Shown: one piece after another, positions 24,630-38,889 of the stretch | Numbering within the stretch: the stretch's first letter is position 1 | Layout of the letters: the number at the start of each line of letters is the position of its first letter | Assembly (NCBI GenBank): GCA_026026165.1 | Contig: JAPEUD010000050.1 | Location: forward strand, 124,001 to 188,000 | Reading direction: 5' to 3' | DNA: 64,000 nt | Origin: Sarea resinae | Lineage: Eukaryota | The notes under the pieces: generated by a model | The model's database searches: none | What the model was told of the DNA's origin: nothing | Seen by the model: the letters and a program-made list of their open reading frames with translations, nothing else | Position numbers and translations under genes: made by a program

Positions 24630-25763
24630 ATGCCCCAATCCCCTGATTCTGTCCGACGGCCATACTCTGACTCCACGTTCCATCGTGACTTTGAGGAGCG
24701 TCTCGTTCAAGGACTGGACAGATCTTCATTGCGTGAGCCTGAGAGGTCTCAATTTGAGCTTTTGCCAGTCGAATTATTGGTCCACATCAGCAGCTTTCTA
24801 CCATGCAGTTCTAAAGCAGCACTCGCTCTTTCCAGTTATCTTCTTCTTCGGGCGTTCGGTCTTCAATACTTCCATACACTCGCCACACGATACTCTGAAA
24901 GAATGGTCTTCCTAAAGTTGCTTGTGAAAGATGCTCCAAGTCTTCTTTTATGCGATACATGTGACAAACTACATTCTAGATTCCCTTGCAAAGGTCCAAA
25001 GCTTCAGAAAGGTGGCGAGCGTTATTCCACGTGTGTGAAACGGGCTGGATATATCGACAACTTGATCTCGGACGCGGGGTACGTTTTGAAATATCAGCAC
25101 ATTGAAGCAGCCATGGATCACTATCGCCTAGGTTCTAATTATGGGTTGCCCTTGGATGCATTTACCTATGACGTCGGAACCGGGGATGGTCACGATAGAG
25201 ATGACACAATCCGTCTGCGGGCAAACATTGGGGGAGGTGATTTCATTTTACGGATAGAATACAGCTTCAGTATGGAGTTGAGCACCGCAGAGTGGAACGG
25301 AGGGTGGACATGGGAAGACATGATCCCCGCAAAGATTGAGCGAAGCTCATGCTGCTCGCGTTCTCATGTCAATATCTGCCCACATTTGTCCAGCTACCTG
25401 CATTGGTCGGACCGCGGCAACCAATTGGGCAGAGATATCTTGTGCAGGCTCCGGCACCCGGACAGTGAATTCTGCTCAGCGTGTGCAGGCATAAGACAGT
25501 GCTACGGGTGTGCTACCGAGTATCAATTAACATCGGAACGTCTACAGGAGAGCTTACGGTTTCAACTCAGGGCCTGGATGAACTATGGTTCTGGCAGATC
25601 ACAGTATGACTGGGCATGGTATGGTCACCTTAGATGCGGTGAGACTGGTTTCTTATTGTATTACCCATTGTCAACTGGTCATCACCCTGGCAGCATCAAA
25701 AACGCCTTTAAAGGCTCCCTCGAAGCAGTCAAAGTGCAGGCAGAAGAACTGGCCAGCATCTAA
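24630..25763 (+). CDS. F-box domain protein with Cys/His-rich fungal C-terminal region
   Basis: Single long ORF, first ATG at 24630. F-box-like FELLPVELLVHISSFLPCSSKAALALSS, then CDTCDKLH, ICPH, CSAC..QCYGCATEY and a W-x-N-x-G motif typical of this fungal F-box class. Confidence 0.75.
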   Translation: MPQSPDSVRRPYSDSTFHRDFEERLVQGLDRSSLREPERSQFELLPVELLVHISSFLPCSSKAALALSSYLLLRAFGLQYFHTLATRYSERMVFLKLLVKDAPSLLLCDTCDKLHSRFPCKGPKLQKGGERYSTCVKRAGYIDNLISDAGYVLKYQHIEAAMDHYRLGSNYGLPLDAFTYDVGTGDGHDRDDTIRLRANIGGGDFILRIEYSFSMELSTAEWNGGWTWEDMIPAKIERSSCCSRSHVNICPHLSSYLHWSDRGNQLGRDILCRLRHPDSEFCSACAGIRQCYGCATEYQLTSERLQESLRFQLRAWMNYGSGRSQYDWAWYGHLRCGETGFLLYYPLSTGHHPGSIKNAFKGSLEAVKVQAEELASI

Positions 25764-27046
25764 GCAATGTGATTAGATGTCAGGCCTTCTGAAAAGACAA
25801 AATTGGATAGGAGACTTAGTGGCCGCAACGCACAACGCACACCGTCGCTCGTAGATTACGAGGATTTGTGAAGGCCTCTGCAGCGGCTGAAGCCTTGGTA
25901 GAAGGGACGCACGGGTTGGGGCGGCAATGAACAGACGATGAAGGGTCAGACGAACAATGGCCATAAGAGAGCGGAACGGAGAGCCTTGTCGTCATGAATA
26001 TGCGAAGCCTCTTGCGACGGCCTAATCTCTTGGACCTAGTTTGCTATTCGACAAGAGGGGCACAGTGACACTGTCCTCGTAGCCCACTGCTTCCTCTCTG
26101 TCGGCATTCCGCAACCCCGTGCAAGACATCAGAGAAATCATGCCAAGCACGATCAAAGAGGAAGGAAACGTTTTCTTCTGCTGCGTGAGAGAAATGCGGT
26201 CTTTGCTGCTTTGAATAAGAACCTAAGATTTCAGTGTCATCAATGATACAGCCTCAGTATAGGCAGTGAGAATGAAGTATCTTTTTCCTATTCAATGAAT
26301 CGATGTCCATGTGCATCGAAATCGAGACGATCGACTTTGGATGTGTTTACTGCGAGTGGTGGTCGATCTCGATCTCTTGCCAGGCTTCTATTTCAGGGAG
26401 CAGAGATAGATTGCTGGCGATGGACATATATCTGCGCGGCGGCCGAGTCAACTCGTGTCGTGTCGAGTTGAGGGCCTTGTCCGGATGGTGCAGTTCTTGT
26501 TGTTGGTGTCGTCATATGCCACAGATGGCCGAAGAGACGGTGACAGGCCTTGAGACCGAAGCACGATGATGCATGACTGGTTGCAACAATGTCCCTTGGG
26601 TTTGTCTGTACCAGGAGAGCAGCGGATGATAAGACGGCTAAATCTACTTCGTACATGTTGGGAATGCTAGATTGCTAAAGCCTAAATCAATGCCTTTGCT
26701 TTGCAAACAAACACAAGAGGAAGAATGAAAAAGACCCTTCAATCGTGCCACTGATGATTATCATTGAAAAAAAGAAAAGAATCCAAACAATGACAACGCT
26801 ATCTTTATATCAACAAAACTCCCATGTCTTCAAAAAATCCATTTCCATCCTATTCGTTGAGACGGGACCTGAAAAGAAAACCCCCCGCAAAACGCTTCTC
26901 CATGCCATCCATGCATTTACGCTCAAGATGCACCAAGGAGATATAAGGAACAGATGCTCATGACCAGGCATACCCAAGCTTTCCAAATCCAGGATAGAAG
27001 GACAGCTCGCTCGATACAGATTCCCAAGATCAATAGCAACAGAAAA

Positions 27047-27832
27047 TCATCGCGGCATCCTGCTTCGAGAGGGAGGTGGTTCGCTCATGGATTCGGGCGC
27101 TCTTGGACCCAGCATCCAATCCTCCATGGCCAACCACTCGCTCCACGTCTTTTCCGCCGCTTCAATCTCGGCATCGAGAGCGCCCTGCAAGGGACGTAGA
27201 AACGGAACCGTCTCGTGGGGCGCAATGTCGTATTCTTTCTTGACGGAAGCCCAGCCGCCGTTCTTGGCTGCGAAGAGATAGTTGCGCCGCTCTTGCTCGT
27301 GCAAGGGCCCCACCCCCTTTGCCCAATCGTCACCGAAGAATCCGTGGAGGACGCCGGGGAAGTCGAGTCCTGTGGCGACCAAGCGGCGGAGATAGGGGAT
27401 GAGAGACACCCAGGTGTTGGCTGGTCCCGGCTGCGCGGGCGAGGAACCACCGCCGAAACGGAGAGGCGGTGTAAATCCGAGGCCAGAGCCCGCCGCACGA
27501 TTCGGGCTAGCCGGGCTCACCGAGGCAAAGCCGATGACGGGATTCGGTGACCATTGATAGGGAAGACATATGTTGGTGAAAGCAGCGACCGCCTGCACGG
27601 GCGCGCTGTGCTGAGCGTGGTCGAGAAAGTAGCGCTGGCAGCTCTGGTATCGTGGATGCCATTCGAAGATGTCGAATTGGGGATCGTCGGTTTCGTTTGT
27701 TGTGCCTGCGCCGGTGCCTGTGCGGGTGCCCCTGCGGGCGCCCGTGCTCGTGCTCGGACCAGCCAAACCGGTAAAGGCTGCATACTGGGATTCATGCTCG
27801 GACGCGCCATTGGTAGGAGCAAAGAATGCCAT
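27047..27832 (-). CDS. Conserved fungal hypothetical protein, 261 aa
   Basis: Single-exon ORF with conserved-looking blocks FDIFEWHPRYQSCQRYFLDHAQH, VSLIPYLRRLVATG.D.PGVLHGFFGDDW, ERRNYLFAAK, ETVPFLRPL, WSEWLAMEDWM. Confidence 0.8.
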   Translation of the reverse strand: MAFFAPTNGASEHESQYAAFTGLAGPSTSTGARRGTRTGTGAGTTNETDDPQFDIFEWHPRYQSCQRYFLDHAQHSAPVQAVAAFTNICLPYQWSPNPVIGFASVSPASPNRAAGSGLGFTPPLRFGGGSSPAQPGPANTWVSLIPYLRRLVATGLDFPGVLHGFFGDDWAKGVGPLHEQERRNYLFAAKNGGWASVKKEYDIAPHETVPFLRPLQGALDAEIEAAEKTWSEWLAMEDWMLGPRAPESMSEPPPSRSRMPR

Positions 27833-29905
27833 GCTTTCTTGCCCTCCTTTTTGGCCTTTTCTCGAGAGATATCAACGAAGGACAAGAGGGAGAGGAAAAG
27901 AGGCTCCGTGGCGGCCTGCACTTCTTACTCTGAATGTCGATCTGGCTGTGCGAGTCCAGACCAAACAGGGTGACGGAGAAAGCAGATAATTGTATTTCGT
28001 ACACTCGGGTCGGCTACTCGAAGGTGTGAAGGTGACGGTTCCGGAAGCTCGTTCCGCTGCTGAAGTGCCCGGGGAGACCTGGTCCTTAATACCTTTCGCG
28101 GCCAACAACAAACGAGACCTGAAGCTATTTCGACACAGCAGTCAACTTTATATCCACCGTCTGGACTCGCCTTCAGCCCTGAATTGGCCGAGCGGGCCCT
28201 GGTTATCGGCCACTTCTCCGTTCGACTGTTCCTGTCATTCTCCGTCTTCAATCACAGATCGCAGACTTCCTATAGGTGAGCATCGTAGGGAAAGCGGCCG
28301 GGTACGGTAGCAGGTACGAACGCCTGCTTGCGCCGACTATGCGCTACGGCCGATCATGGCGAGTCTATCGTCGAATCACCTCAACAGAGCCATCCGCCGT
28401 CAGTTCGGCTGATCGACAAGGTTCTTCTAGGGGCACAAGGCACTGCAGCTATGAAGACGGCACATAACGCCAGCCTTCGATACTCGAAAGATATTCGAGT
28501 CCAGAATCACCACCATGAGCCCGACTGGCGCCAAGCATGCTGTAAGAGAACGACCGAGGCGTTTCGGGCCGTGCGCTTCAATCCGCTCACGCCGTCTCAT
28601 CTCTTTTCGGGGGCATGTCGATGATGATGATGATGAGGGCCGTGGGAGCCTGCGGCAACAGGGCCGCGACACGATGAGGACGGGCCATCCAGTGTAGCAT
28701 CATCACGGGGGGGACCGTATGGGTTGACTCCCGTCGTCTGATGATTCGTGCGCTCAGATGTCACACCTGCGCGCTCGTGGGGAGGCCGTGTAACCATCCG
28801 GTCTAGACAATGGACCCTTAGAAGAGGGCTGTCCCGAGGCGCTCCACACGCAACCCAAAGCTGAGGTTCGAGATCCATGCCCACATGCGGGAGCAAGCCC
28901 GAAGCTCTGCACGAATCCCGAAAACCCATCAACTACGTGACTCTGCCCAATGGTGCGAGGACGATAGGCGACCTGTTCCGGACAGTCAGGGCGCCACCTT
29001 TTCACCGTGGCATGTTGGCGCGCCGTCGCCCGCATTCGCGACGACGGGTTCCCGGATCCCCTTCTGTCACCATGCAATGCACGTCTTGCCTTGGGCCCAA
29101 CTACGATCACGCATGATCAATGGAAGCGGGTGCTCCGGGTGCACGGGCCTACAAATGCTCCTTCCTCCAGGAATGAATGCGCCTGACGGGAATAACCTGT
29201 TCGCACCGATATCTTCTTTCGCCGGCGGCGTCTTGACTACCTACGGTACTAAGGTATTCCAATGTTCAACAGTGAGAAGCGATGAGAGACACAGGTGCTG
29301 TGGAGACGCGGCTACCCGTCGACTCTACCCATGGAATATCATCTTGGTTCTTTTCAAGTCCACGAATACCACTTGCCGAACAACAGTTATATCTACAAGT
29401 CCCGGGTGACCTGATTGTCAAGGAAGCAGATTGATCGATCTCAAGCTCCGAGAGGGATCCTAGTCCAAGATGCGTTCAATGAGCTTCGAATTGCTTGCCC
29501 GCGCCGCGTTCCAGACTTTTATGGCCGGCCCAGATGGCTCAACTCAAACTGACCTTCTACTCATAGTATATTGTGAGAGAATGTCTTCTGTTTACCAGGT
29601 TCGCGCAAGGCGACCATCAGCCCTGAAAGTCCGAGGGTTTGCGGGATCTGCCGGGCAGTGCATGGACGACGTACGAATACGAAGTACAAAGTACCTCGAT
29701 TGAGATTTGCGAATCGGAACTATCGGCATAGCGTGAACGTCATAGCGAAATTACGATATGTGACGTGCCGTACTCAGTCCAAGCCTACCTACATTAATGT
29801 TCTCGCAGAAGTGGCTACCTTCCTCTTGTGCACAGTCTCTCATCAGCTTGAAGCCTGCTATCTTCCAGACAATATCTGCGTAACGAATCATTGGGCTGCA
29901 GCATC

Positions 29906-31038
29906 ATGGCGCAAAAGTCTTTCTCACTTGCAGGGCGAGTGAAGGTACGGCGTATCGGCAACGTGAATCCTATCCACATACCCCAAAGCTAAACATGTTC
30001 AGCTCGCCAATGGCCTCAGTATCCCGCATATCCACTTGGGGGTCTACATGACCGAAGGGAATGAAACGATCCAGGCCGTGAAATGGGCCTTGGAGGTAAG
30101 CTCGTTCGCCTCACATTTGACTTGTCTGACGGCGTAATCGAGGTAGGCCGGGTATCGTGGGTATGCTTTTTCGCTCGAACCATGGCCTAGTAATCTTCTG
30201 ACAGCATCCCATCAGATTTGACTCTGCGCAAATGTACCACAATGAAGGCGAAACTGGAAGCGCCATCAATTCCTTCTTGGCTAGCAAAGCCAATACTACC
30301 GGCCTTACGCGAGAGGAGATCCATTTCACGAGCAAGCTCTCGTCTAATACATCCTATGAAGCCGCACGAAAATCAATAAAGCAATCGGTCAAGAAGAGCG
30401 GGCTTGGATACATAGATCTGTTCTTACTGCATAGCCCTTATGGAGGTAAGGAAAAACGGCTCGAGTCCTGGAAGGCAGTTGAGGATGCCATCGATGACGG
30501 GGAGGTGAAAATTGGCGGAGTCAGTAACTTTGGCGTGCGCCACGTATGTGAAGTGGAATTCCATTTGATGTCAACGAGAGCTGACTTCCATTAGCTGCAA
30601 GAATTGCTTGACTCTAAACCCCGAATCCGTCCGGCTGTCAACCAGATCGAGGTCCACCCTTTCAACACGAGAACAGACATCACATCGTTCTGTCAGCAGC
30701 ATGATATCGTCGTCGAAGCTTATGCTCCACTGGCTCGGGCGCTGAGGATGAAGCACCCTACCATTGTTTCGCTGTCGAAAAAGTACTCGTGCACACCCGG
30801 CCAGCTTCTTGTCCGGTGGAGCCTGCAGCATGGATATGTGCCACTCCCGAAGAGCACTAAGAAGGAACGGATCATCGAGAATGGTAATGTCACGGCCTTC
30901 AATATCGACGCCGACGACATGAAGGTGCTTGACGGTTTGGACGAGTATCTCGTCACGGGTAAATACATCCCGGACACGCGCCGACACGCTGATTTACTGA
31001 CACATGGTGCAGATTGGGATCCAACCGACTGTGCGTGA
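29906..31038 (+). CDS. Aldo-keto reductase (AKR5/Gcy1-Ypr1-like)
   Basis: Spliced product [86 protein letters not shown], with the catalytic D-Y-K-H tetrad present. Introns 29945-30002, 30096-30146, 30161-30215, 30544-30594, 30959-31012. Confidence 0.92.
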
Positions 31039-32716
31039 TCGAAGCAAGAAAATGGGGTGATGGGAAACAATGGAGAGACTTGGGAAGGCTGTATATATCT
31101 CTTCGACCTGGGAAGGCCAGAGCTCCAGGGTAGCCAATAGAAATGACATCGATGAATGACTGCAAGAATTGCTGGATGCGAAACGGGGTCGCATTATGTA
31201 TGAACTTTAGCAAGCGTAAACAAGGCTGCACGTCGACAGTCATGTTCCCCCTCGACGGCATGTGCCTGAGGTGGGATAGAGGCAGGGGTCGGTGCAGCCT
31301 TGCGATCGGCAATTGAACCAATATTCGCGGCCAACCCCACAGTTTACCTAAGGTGTGTCGCAGTAGTATGGGGGTTAGGGCGCAGCGAGGAAAACGCATT
31401 TCAGCGCCGACGAAGTATACAGCAGCAGAGAACACTGCCCATCGTCTATCGTGATATGGGACCGGAGGAAGGGGAGGAGCACGAGGGAGGGAAGAGATTT
31501 TCACACGACTTCCTATCCGATGGCGAGTGCCAGCTGGCATCAAAGAATTAAGAAAAAATGGCAAAAGTTGGGGAAGCTCATGCACCGCGATCGGATTGGC
31601 GATCTCCTCTGCTCCGCGGACTCTCCAGCGCATCAGATGGACGCGGTGAAGACATATGCGCGGAGTTTGTTTTTCCTCTTTTCCTTTTTTTTTCTTCCTT
31701 TCTTGCCCTGCGAGTTCTGCGATGAAACGGAGACTATGACGCCTTTCGGTTGGCGGGCGAATCATGCGACGACGATAAGAGGAGGCTGACATCAATCCAT
31801 CTCATCAATTGCATCGATTGCATCGATTGCATCCTCTGGCATCCTTTTCCCTGACACTTTCTACTGTTCTAGGCGTGGCGAGGCCGCGAATGAGCTCGGG
31901 AGCTGGAGTACTGGCTACGAGGGAATGGGCAACGAGGTACTTGCCAGCCCATCGCTGGCTACATACTATGTAGTAACCTCGAATGCAGCCTGGTGTCGGC
32001 TCTCGTGCTATCAGCAGTCGATAGTACTCATAGGAGTCAGTCATCGAGCATCGTGTGCGCACGACCTTGGCTGTACTCTACTGAGTAAGGGCCCCGGGTA
32101 CCTTGGAGCACGGGACTGTGTATCTTGTACGCGACCTGGCCCACCATCGACTCCGTAGTACTCGAGTACTGCGCGGACCTCACTTCAGACCTCCGATTTC
32201 GCGGCCACTTTGCAACCTCTCCTGTCGGTCTAAGCCAGCCCTCCAGCTGCGTTGCCCCCCCTCTTTCGTGTGCAAGTGACTACTCTACGGTAGGTCCGTC
32301 AAGCTCTGACCTTGATCCATCACTGGGGGTCCAGCCATGGCGGACCAGGTAGAGTCTTGCTCGACGGGAACTATCTCGGCCCCCCCCCTTCAATGCTCAT
32401 GGCAGCATGATGATGTGACTACCCTAGGCTTGGGGAGCTACAGCGCCAGCTATAGCTCCCTTCCTCTAGCCTTTTCTTTTTTGCCTGCCCTGAACGCAGC
32501 AGTCTACGACTACGTGAACTGAGGGATATTTTTTACATCCCCCACCCCCACCACTCTCAATTCACCCGTTGTTGTCCGGTCACTCTTCAGTCGTCTCAAT
32601 TGACGACCGGACCAGCTCGTGTGACTCCACCGCCTCAGCATTCAAATACCCGGTAGATTCCCCTTCGTGGTCATGAAGTTCGACTTGTCCCCCAGACTCA
32701 ATTCATCCTCTCCATC

Positions 32717-34341
<1,625 letters not shown>

Positions 34342-34901
34342 ACGTGTTTTAGTATTTATGAATCGTAGTAGAATAGACTACCTCCTATCATCTTCATACA
34401 TTTGACCACTGCATATTCTCCGGCCTGGCCGCAGCGGTGCCATTGATGCAATGGAGCGAGTAAGCGACCACCATCCATCGATGTCTTCTGCGCGGACCAG
34501 ATGCTGAGTCTATGTTCATGTAACCTGTTTGAACATTAGTAGTAGTAGATATCAGATATTAGATAGTAGAAGGAGGTAGGTAGAAGATATATTTCATCGA
34601 AGGAGGAGTTAAGAGGTGTAAATAGATTGCAGATTGCAGATAGCAGATAGCAGATAGTGCTAGTAATTACTCCTATTTCTTTCTTCTCTTTTCCTCTCTT
34701 TCTTCTTCTTCTTTCTTCTTCTTCTTTCTTCTTACTCTTCTTTTTCTCCTCTAGAAAAGATATAGCACTACTTACTACTGTATATACCTTACCTTACCTT
34801 ACCTTCTTACCTGATATAGAACTTTACGTAAAGTAAATAAGCAAGTCAGTAACTTCATCTCCCTCCTATGACCTAGGGTTCTTTTACTTACTGTAGGTAC
34901 T

Positions 34902-34941
34902 GTAGGTAGGTAGGTAGGTAGGTAGGTAGGTAGGTAGGTAG
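34902..34941. repeat. (GTAG)x10 microsatellite inside a low-complexity island (about 34530-35330)
   Basis: Read directly; flanked by CTT/CTTCCT pyrimidine tracts and degenerate AGGT repeats. Confidence 0.93.
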
Positions 34942-35445
34942 GTCGCTAATAGAATAAGATAGGTAGGTTAGAAGTGAGGTAAGTGAGGTAGGCAAGGTAG
35001 GTAGGTAGGTAAGTGATATAGGCAAGGTAGGTAAAGTAGGTAGCTAAGGTAGATAGATAAGACAGGTTCTAGACAGGTTATATTCTAGGCAAGTAAGGTA
35101 GGCAAGCAATGATACCGTAGGTCGGTATACATACAAGCTCATTTTACAACCTTACTTCCAATCTCAACCTTACTTCAAACAAACTTGTCTTCTATCTCTT
35201 CTCTCTTTCTACCTCTCTCTACCTCGGCCTTTTTCTTCCTCTTCCTCTTTCTTCTTCTTGCCTAAGAACACTCTTCCTCTTCCTCTTCCTCTCCCTCTTC
35301 CTCTTCCTCTTCCTCCTGTATAAAAAATCAAACACCAAACACATAACACACACCACAAAAGTCGATGTCGAATCGGTATCACATGTTGATCTCAGTCCGT
35401 CCGTCTGTCAGTCATACTATGTATGTTTTACCATTGTAGAACCAT

Positions 35446-35535
35446 CTACATGTCCACACATCCACGTATCCACATATCCACATATCTACCTATCCACATG
35501 TCCCGCATATCCACATATCTACCTATCCACCCATC
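35446..35535. repeat. Degenerate ATCCAC-type tandem repeats, including a duplicated CATATCCACATATCTACCTATCCAC unit
   Basis: Read directly; downstream of the bZIP gene stop. Confidence 0.75.
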
Positions 35536-36101
35536 CCACCGTTGCACCATGGCGCCATGGCGCCTTCGCACCACTGACACCACTGACACCATTGACACCC
35601 AGCCACCGACGCCGTGGGGTTTTAGGAACACCCCCAAAACAAAGCTCAGATGGAGAAAAAACCCGCCCGGTAACCGTAACATAGATAGATAGCCGCCCCG
35701 CTTCAAGCATACGATTAACGCCGCCTATCCATCCAACCATGTTCACCATATTCACCTATCCGTCCGTCCGTCCATCCATAGAATAACCAGAAGCAAAAAA
35801 CAAATCCGGAAAATGTGCGGGGCAGTCATGTATGTTTTTCTGCCGTGCGAGAAATCCAAAAGAACGAAACAGAAGCAAACGCCCGGGAAGTAGACCGAAA
35901 AAAAAAAGCGTTGACATCTCGATGTTGCCGCACCGCACGCACCGCCGGGCTATATATGTATACCATACCATACCACACCACACCACCCATCGCGCATTAC
36001 GACACTGAGGTGACTGAACCACTTGTAAATCCGAGAAAGAAGAACGCGAACCACACGGATCCAACAATTAGTCCTCGGTGTATACTAAGAGCAAAAGAAA
36101 A

Positions 36102-37940
36102 TCAATGTTGCTCCTCGCTGGCCTGGTCACTAAATTTCGGCTTGATCGGCACCAGCTCCGCCAAGGCGGGATACGCCTGCTTGAACTCCGGGCCCAGCGA
36201 CCAATTGTCCAGATTGCGCAGATGGCGCTCGAAGACCGGGTTGATCATCAGATTCTCCGAGTCGGCCGTCAGGATCAGCGTGTCCGTGGGCTCATACGGC
36301 CAGTTGACGTTGAGCGTCGAGATGTACGGGGTGGCGAACTCGTCAAAGTCGATTGGGGGTTGCGACTCGGCCACCCGGTTGCGGATCGCGGGCCTGTGCT
36401 CGCACTCGTGGGTAAGTCATGTGAGCGATAGATCAGATCGTTTTGCAAAACATACCAGAAGATGTAGTCTGTCCAGGCGGGGTGAGGGACCAGAGCTTGT
36501 GCGGGCCGAAGAGCCATCCATTTGGGGAGTCGATCGTAGTTTTCGGCCGTAGGATAGATGGCCCACTGTCCCTGTCAGTGCTGTTCGCTGCAATCCAATT
36601 GGAAAATACACACTCGCATGAAAAGAAAGGTCACATAGAGTAAGCCGATGCGTTCGGGGAGAGTGGTCAGAGTCGGAAAGGTCGAAAGAACGTCGGTGAA
36701 GACCTTGGAGACCGGATGCGAATGCACCCCTTCCTCGGGATTGAGGAGAGATCGAATGCTGGGATACTTTGGCCCGAGCACGTCTTTGGGCTTCTCCCCC
36801 CCAGCGGCCTGCCGCTGTCTGTCCGACAGGAAAGTCATGAAGATACTGTCGAGTGGACAGGTTGGGGTGCAGTGCAGTGGCAGGACCGAGCGTGCGGCCG
36901 GTGGACCACGAACTTGACCCAGCGGACTGTATTCGTCCACCCGGATAGTTGAGGTCGGCGAGTTGGCCTCGGTACCTGGCAATATGTTAGGAGGAACCTT
37001 ACGTCAAGGACAAGGACTCATACTGAAGCCTTGTGGCGCACCTTTTCCCGCCCCCGGGAGCGTCGTGGCAGGAATTGATCGGTTGGTGGTCTGGAAGAAG
37101 CTCGACTTCAACCATTCTTCTGGACACGAATTCCTGTCAAGCTGACGCAAGAGGCTCTTTCCAGGGTCCGAGGCGTAATCGGGCGACCAGAGCCAGGCCG
37201 GGGTATTGTCGGCCATGGATGCAGGCTGCCATTGCGGTCCGACGGCGGGAAAGATGGTTAGTGGGGAGAGGATGCTAGGGGCGGTCGATCCCGAAGTGAG
37301 TGGAGAGGGAATCGTGTCGGGATAGGGCGAGATGATGTGCGGCAAGACATTGGGGGCAATCTCGGGAAGTAGAGCGTCTATCGAGTCAGCTGGATTGGCA
37401 AGTAGGAAAGCCAAGACGGGGATTACTCTGCGTAGTGAGAGACTGCGACGGCCGCGGACTCAGGGCACCCTCGATGATGGAGAGGACGGAGATCAAGGTG
37501 CGGCGGATGTTTTCGTTGTCGGACTGAGCCTCCTTCTTCAGCTGCAGGGCCTTCTCCAGCTGCTGGTAAGGCTCCTGCGACATCAGCTCATGGATGCGCC
37601 CTTCGAGATTGGAGATGTGCCGTTTGGTGCGCTCGCGATTCGCGCGCTGGGCCTCGCGGTCATTGGCACGCTTCTTGGCCAGCTGTTCCGGGGTGAGGTT
37701 GTCGGTAGTCCTGGACCCGGCCACGCGAGGTTTCTTTGTTCGCGTGGGCGATGAGGGCGGAGGACTATGGTTGTCGCCACCAACACCACCACCACCACCA
37801 CCGCCGCCACCGCTGGCCCTCTTCTCGCTGCCTGCCGTGCTTCCCGCGACCGAGGCGGCGCCCCGGGTCGAGGTTGGGCTCGTCGGGGTCGCTGACCGGG
37901 ATGGCGGGTCCTCCCTTTCCCTTTGTGTGTTGATCGACAT
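36102..37940 (-). CDS. bZIP transcription factor with C-terminal DUF3425 domain
   Basis: Basic region LTPEQLAKKRANDREAQRANRERTKRHISNLE plus zipper. Spliced C-terminus ..TCPLDSIF..YPSIRSLLNP..HPVSKVFTDVL..PERIGLLY..W.IYPTAENYDRLPKWM..PHPAWTDYIFWP.IR..TLNVNWPY..INPVFERHLRNLDNWSLG. Four GT..AG introns reconcile the ORF frames. Confidence 0.88.
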
Positions 37941-38889
37941 GATTCCGGCCCCGTGTTTCTGATGGAGATGGCAGACTCAGGACAACGTGGGAAGGTGTGG
38001 GGAACGGGGATGTGTGTGACCGGTGGAGTGCAGGATGATGGGAGATCGGGCGGGGAAATGAGCGCATCAGGCTCGAGCCATGGCGAATCGGTGCGCGACG
38101 AGTCAGTGGGCGGTTCCCATGTGAGAACCACAGAGTCAATCATGACCACGATCGCAACCACTAGACCCTCCTCGACGAACGCGACGACACGACGACAAAG
38201 AGAACCATCGAGGAGCGAGTCTTGCTGGATTCCAAACGAGGCGCGCTCATGCCCACGATGGATTCAGCACATGGCACAACCATGGTTCCGTTTCTGATCC
38301 TGTCGCGCCTACACAGTTGCCTTCCAAGTTCTTTGTTGTTGTTTTCTGACCGCCCCGGATTGATGTGTTCCATCGTAGTGCTCGGCCGAGTAGGCCGGGC
38401 CATCTTGGGGACCCTACCTTAGCTGCAACGCCGAACATCCTGGCGTCGATCGCAGTCGTCTTAGCTAAGATAGGTAACCATGATTGGATGATTTCCATAC
38501 AATACTCCGGAGTAGCTAATCGGATGGCTACATGGAAGCCACGGATGGGCTACCTACCTAGCCACCTACCTAGGTAGGCAGACATGTTCAGGCTTCTTAA
38601 GAACTTGATCATCATCCCATCTAAACCATCTAATGAATGCATCGTCATGTACGAGAACAACTTTCTATACATCGATCAATGATGGATGCAAAGAGGTCCT
38701 GGGCTGACCAGTACCTTGCCGCACAAATGAGCCCCTACTGCCAACTACCAGAGCTGATTCCGAGAGCGCCCTTGCTTGCCATCGCTTCCGAGACAGAAAT
38801 ATCAGGAGAAACATCGAGCCTGGTGCGTCGATGGATCATCTTGGCCAGATCAACTCACATCACGCGGCTGTTGCTCCCAAACCCACGTC

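Noticed and set aside
30953..31795. 280-aa minus-strand ORF between the AKR and gdhA
   Set aside because: Runs through low-complexity promoter and UTR sequence, overlaps the AKR 3' end, and has no domain features.
35815..36552. 245-aa plus-strand ORF
   Set aside because: Antisense to the bZIP-DUF3425 last exons and 3' UTR.
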